A stretch of DNA of 64,000 bases from Hyphochytrium catenoides (Eukaryota > Protista > Hyphochytriomycota): NCBI GenBank assembly GCA_900088475.1, contig FLMG01001299.1:83335-147334 (forward strand), read 5' to 3'. The notes beneath the pieces were generated by a model. The model did not search any database. It was not told where the DNA came from and was given only the letters and a program-made list of their open reading frames with translations. The position numbers were made by a program, and so were the translations under genes. Below are positions 60,170-64,000 of this stretch, one piece after another. Position 1 is the first letter of the stretch; each line of letters starts with the position of its first letter.

Positions 60170-62799
60170 CTATGACGATAGCGGAATCGCTATTTTTTCC
60201 AGCTTGGGCTTGACTACCCTGACTACACTAAGAATGGCTTCTGGGAGCTCTTCACAGGTCTCTCCCTGAAGAACGAAAGCAATGTCGACCGCGATGTAAG
60301 AAGCATAGCCTCTACAGATCGAGCAAACCTGTCAGGAAAGAAGCGCCAAGCGGTGCAAGTGAGCAGTAGAAATTTTTTGCTCTCCAAGAAGTTCCAGGAA
60401 GGAGCCATAGAAGAAAGGCAGACAAGAAAAGAGTGAGGGTGTACAAGGCAGAGCTCTAGCTAGAAGACAAACAAGCTCGTAGTGCCTCCGTCTACGAAGG
60501 TAGACCATAGAGAGCCCATAAATACTAATAAGAAGGATATAGCATACCGTGCAGGGAAAGGATGCGAGTTAAGTTAGTACATAGAAAAGAAAACCCAGAG
60601 AGGATGGCTTTTGCGTTGCCTAACCTGTCCCGCGACTCTTGATGAAGAGATGTCGACGTCAATCTCAAAGTAATCTTGTTCCTTTGCATAGCTCACTGAA
60701 ACCTTGTTGCCCAGTAAAGCGGGCTTTGATCCCACGGCATTCTGCACTATCCAGGGTCCCGAGACAACAGACGGAATAAGCTTGAACCTAGAGTTCCGAT
60801 ATTTGTCGTTGCCTGATATAAACTGTTCATAGAGTCCCGCAACAGCCTCTCCTGCCCTCTCCTTAAGCTCCTGCATTGAGGGTACACCAAAGTAGAACAC
60901 CATTGAAAGATAAGGAGAGCCAGGAATCTGAAAGTGAATGAGAAGGATTGAAGAGTGCTTTTCTCTCTTAAGCAGCCGTTGTATGCGCCTCTGCACTTTT
61001 GGCAGATGTCCAATGCGGAGGATGGAGGTAGAGGAAGAAAGAAACTCTGCATGAGCAAGTTTCAAGGCGACGGATGAGGCAGCGATCTGTTCCAAGGATG
61101 ACATGGACGATAAAAGGGATGTGTTATATTAAAATTGATGATGAGTGGCAGGCGCAAGAGAGGACATCTAAAGAGACGGAAAGAGGAAGCAGAGAAGGGA
61201 ACAAGGCAAAATAGAGGAAACGAAAGGGAATGAAAGCGTCATTGCCTGCACTCATCGGAGTCACACCTTAATATTGTCAGTCATGTACGTCCCACCACGC
61301 ACTTGAAAGCTCGCAACAGAGTTGGGCTGATATAGAACATCCCCAAAAGTGTCATTGGCATCTTCAGGATCCTCTTCAGGCTGCGGTACTACAACCTCTT
61401 CTCCCTTCGCAAGCTCTTCTTGAGGCTGCGGCTCTGCCTCTTTCTCGGTCTGGATAGTTGAAGAGGCCCCAGCCACTGCTTCCTGATTGCTAAAAGTTGC
61501 TTCTTGGGACACTTCTTTGCCGCTGTGTATTGAACCAGCATGCAACACTTCTTCTCCTTGCAGCCCCTTGTTGCTTATCGAATTGGAGACAGAGGAACTT
61601 TGAGGTGCCACAGGAAGATGGAGAGTTTCATTCCTTCTCTCAAGCGGCGGACGTGAGGATACTTCTGCTGGGGGAACAGCTGGAGCTTCTGAAGCAGCAG
61701 CAGTGGTAGTTTGGTAAGACCCAGGAGCAGAGTGACGACCAAATGTCCTCTCTTCTTGTCCTGCGGTTAAAGATCGTTGATGGTGATAGGGTTTCAACAG
61801 GTCTGAGAGGAACTTTTTAGGGGATCGGTGAGCGCGGTGCTCCTTCTTCTCTTTGGCACCTGGCCCATGAAGTAGCGACGATAGCACGCTTAGCTCTTTC
61901 TGGATGAACCTATGAGGATGATGGCTGCGACTACCGCTTCGTGTTTCCCTTGCGGTCATCTGGTCTCCCTCTTGCTCGTTCACTTCGTTGACGTCTTCAT
62001 GTTTTGACGAGCGTTTGAGACCCAGAAGTTTTGCTAGCTTCTTCATTTTACGCCCTTTCTGGCCTCTCTTTCCTTCAGGCGTCTCTTCGTAGGAGTCTCC
62101 TCTGGCATCTGGGTTCTGATTGTCCTCTTCCTCGGCGTCTTCAGGCTCACTGAACTCGACCGGCAGAGTCACCGCTCTTTCTTTGGCTTGGTTGTTCGGT
62201 CCTCTTGATACCGTTGCGGTATCTCCCTTACTTTCCCTTTCTTTTTCTACCCAGCTTTTGCTTGAGGTCAGCGTTTGGTCACTCAAAGAGCGTGTCAGCT
62301 CTGGGCTTGCCAGCCTGGGTAACTCTTTCCTGGAGGAAGAGTGAGGAGCGCCGCTTTTATGGCCCTTCTGTGACTCTGCGATCTCTGGCGACCTACTTCC
62401 TGCAGTATCAAGAGTGGCAACCTCTTGTTGCTGGTTGCTGTTGCGGGTGCGTAGAGGCTGGTTTCTCTCTCCTCTGAGGCTAGAGGATGAGCTAGAGGTG
62501 GAGGTCGACTTTGCCAAACTCTTCTGACTAAGGTTCTGCGCATTTCCCTTGTTTCCAGCCAACATCATGGTAGTGGGCTCTTGGCGGGGACTGAAAGCCT
62601 TTTCTAATTCTTCGATGACGTTGTCCGCGGGCTCTTCCTCTTCTTTGAAGTAGACGGGCGTGGCTGCACGGCTTTCTAGACTGTCAAACACTATGACTTC
62701 GTCTCTGTCCGCCGCGGAATCCATGCTGATTCTAGGCGAGTAAGGAGCAGTCTCCGTCTTTTCAGCTCGCCCTCCTCGTAACCAGGATAAGCTCAACAT
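60170..62799 (-). CDS. EDR2 C-terminal (DUF1336) domain protein with long low-complexity N-terminus, 3 exons
   Basis: FQVRGGTYMTDNIK|IAAS, LIHFQIPG, RNSRFKLIPSVVSGPWIVQNAVGSKPALLG, YFEIDVDISSS, VDIAFVLQGETCEELPEAIL; stop at 60172-60170. Confidence 0.9.
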
Positions 62800-63915
62800 T
62801 TTGTCCTCCTCTAGATCCGTGACCACTAGTGGCAATACAAGTACTGAAGCGTTAGCCTAAGAGATCGGGTTGTTATTGGCGGTATCAGAAAAAGAGAGCA
62901 TACAAGAGTAAAACCAAGCTCTGATGCTTCCACTTCTGTTGAAGCGGTAACTATGGAAATGAGAGTAGCAGGTCGCGGATGAGGAAATCCTTATTCGCGT
63001 AAGTCAGTCAAGAGTTTGGCAAGAAGTTTAGGTCGCCGAACGATATGTTATTATAGTTTGACTGAGCAGAGGCGTCAACGGTGATGGTCCGCCGGAAGAA
63101 TAGGCTATAAGCACGTTTAGTCGACGAGAGAGTGAGAAGAGCTGTGAGAAGCCTAGGGAGGCAGGCGTTGTGGACTTGTGTATGTGTCAACCCTTCCCAC
63201 TTAGATAAGCTGGTACGGCGTGGCTAGGTTATAGTGACCAAATCCTAGAACATCTGTGGAAGCTCCCAGTGCTTCTAGCCAAGGCTTCTTGCATGGAAAG
63301 GTAGCTAAATAAAAATAAGGGAAAAGGGGGCGATGAGGAAGGAAGGTGCACAAACAGGAAGAGAACCAAACAACAAGGTAACCACCGCATTGGTCTCTGT
63401 ACGTTATCCCCGTCGTGATGGACGATCCTCCAGCCTCCAGTAAGGAACTAACCTTTAGTATGACAGCCAGAGGAGGAGGATAGAGCGACTCACAGCGGAT
63501 GACAGACAAGACGATAGCAGGGATGAGTGCATGAGGAGGCACCAAAGCGACGGGCGGGCGGAGGAAGTGGAAGGATTGACCCCTGTATACAAGGATCCCA
63601 CTGATGATAGATTGGCACATACAGTCTGATGATGGTGCAAAGGCGGAGGGAGGCGAAGAGCGAACACCAGGCGCGAGGGCAGCAGGGCGAACACCAGCCG
63701 CCGCCTCACAAATCCAGGCAGAGAATCATCAACAAATAACTGAAACGGACAGCGAAACCAATAAACGCTCAGGATACAACGTATATTTATTCATGATATA
63801 GACCCTTTAATACTCTCATATTTGAAATGCTTTAGTGACGCACCAGGGAGGAGGGATTGCCAGCCATTAGTCTACCGATATGACCCAGACTTGTCACTCC
63901 TTTCCTAACCAGGGA

Positions 63916-63988
63916 GCTCGAATGGCTCAGTTGGTAGAGCGTCGGTCTCATAATCCGGAGGTCCTGGGTTCGATCCCCAGTTCGAGCA
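63916..63988 (+). tRNA. tRNA-Met (CAT), elongator type
   Basis: 73 nt. Acceptor stem GCTCGAA/TTCGAGC + A73; D arm GCTC-AGTTGGTA-GAGC; anticodon loop CT-CAT-AA with a U31-U39 pair; T arm CTGGG-TTCGATC-CCCAG. The TTC T-loop and G1-C72 pair argue against initiator tRNA. Confidence 0.96.
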
Positions 63989-64000
63989 ACAGCTCCCCAA

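Noticed and set aside
63600-63635. C/D-box snoRNA (TGATGA...CTGA)
   Set aside because: The boxes are only about 25 nt apart and no guide could be identified.

Overview
Intron-rich eukaryotic nuclear DNA (GT-AG introns with CTRAY-type branch points, (GA)n microsatellites, three N-gaps). The gene content suggests a stramenopile-like protist or alga (inference only). I spliced about 12 protein-coding genes by hand: a KDM5/JARID1 demethylase (runs off the window start), ORC4, a PAP2 lipid phosphatase, cereblon, a kinesin-3/KIF28-like protein, a ~2,956-aa membrane GT4 glycosyltransferase, a CxxxxC..HGGG (WRKY19-like) zinc-finger protein, PARN, a WW+DysF coiled-coil protein, a DHX40-like DEAH helicase, a 935-aa helical repeat protein and an EDR2-C/DUF1336 protein. 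There is also an elongator tRNA-Met at the window end and a gene-poor stretch at 32-39.6 kb with weak transposon relics. Three highlights. (1) The two largest ORFs are one gene joined by a single 290-nt intron; it resembles fungal Gtb3 / bacterial PelF polysaccharide synthases and sits without its usual partner genes. (2) The 935-aa intronless protein carries about 15 stathmin-like repeats, many spaced exactly 51 residues apart as in animal stathmin. (3) The kinesin is an intact gene with a P-loop but no switch I/II motifs, and it ends in a CaaX box. Family assignments come from motif recognition by eye; no searches were run.
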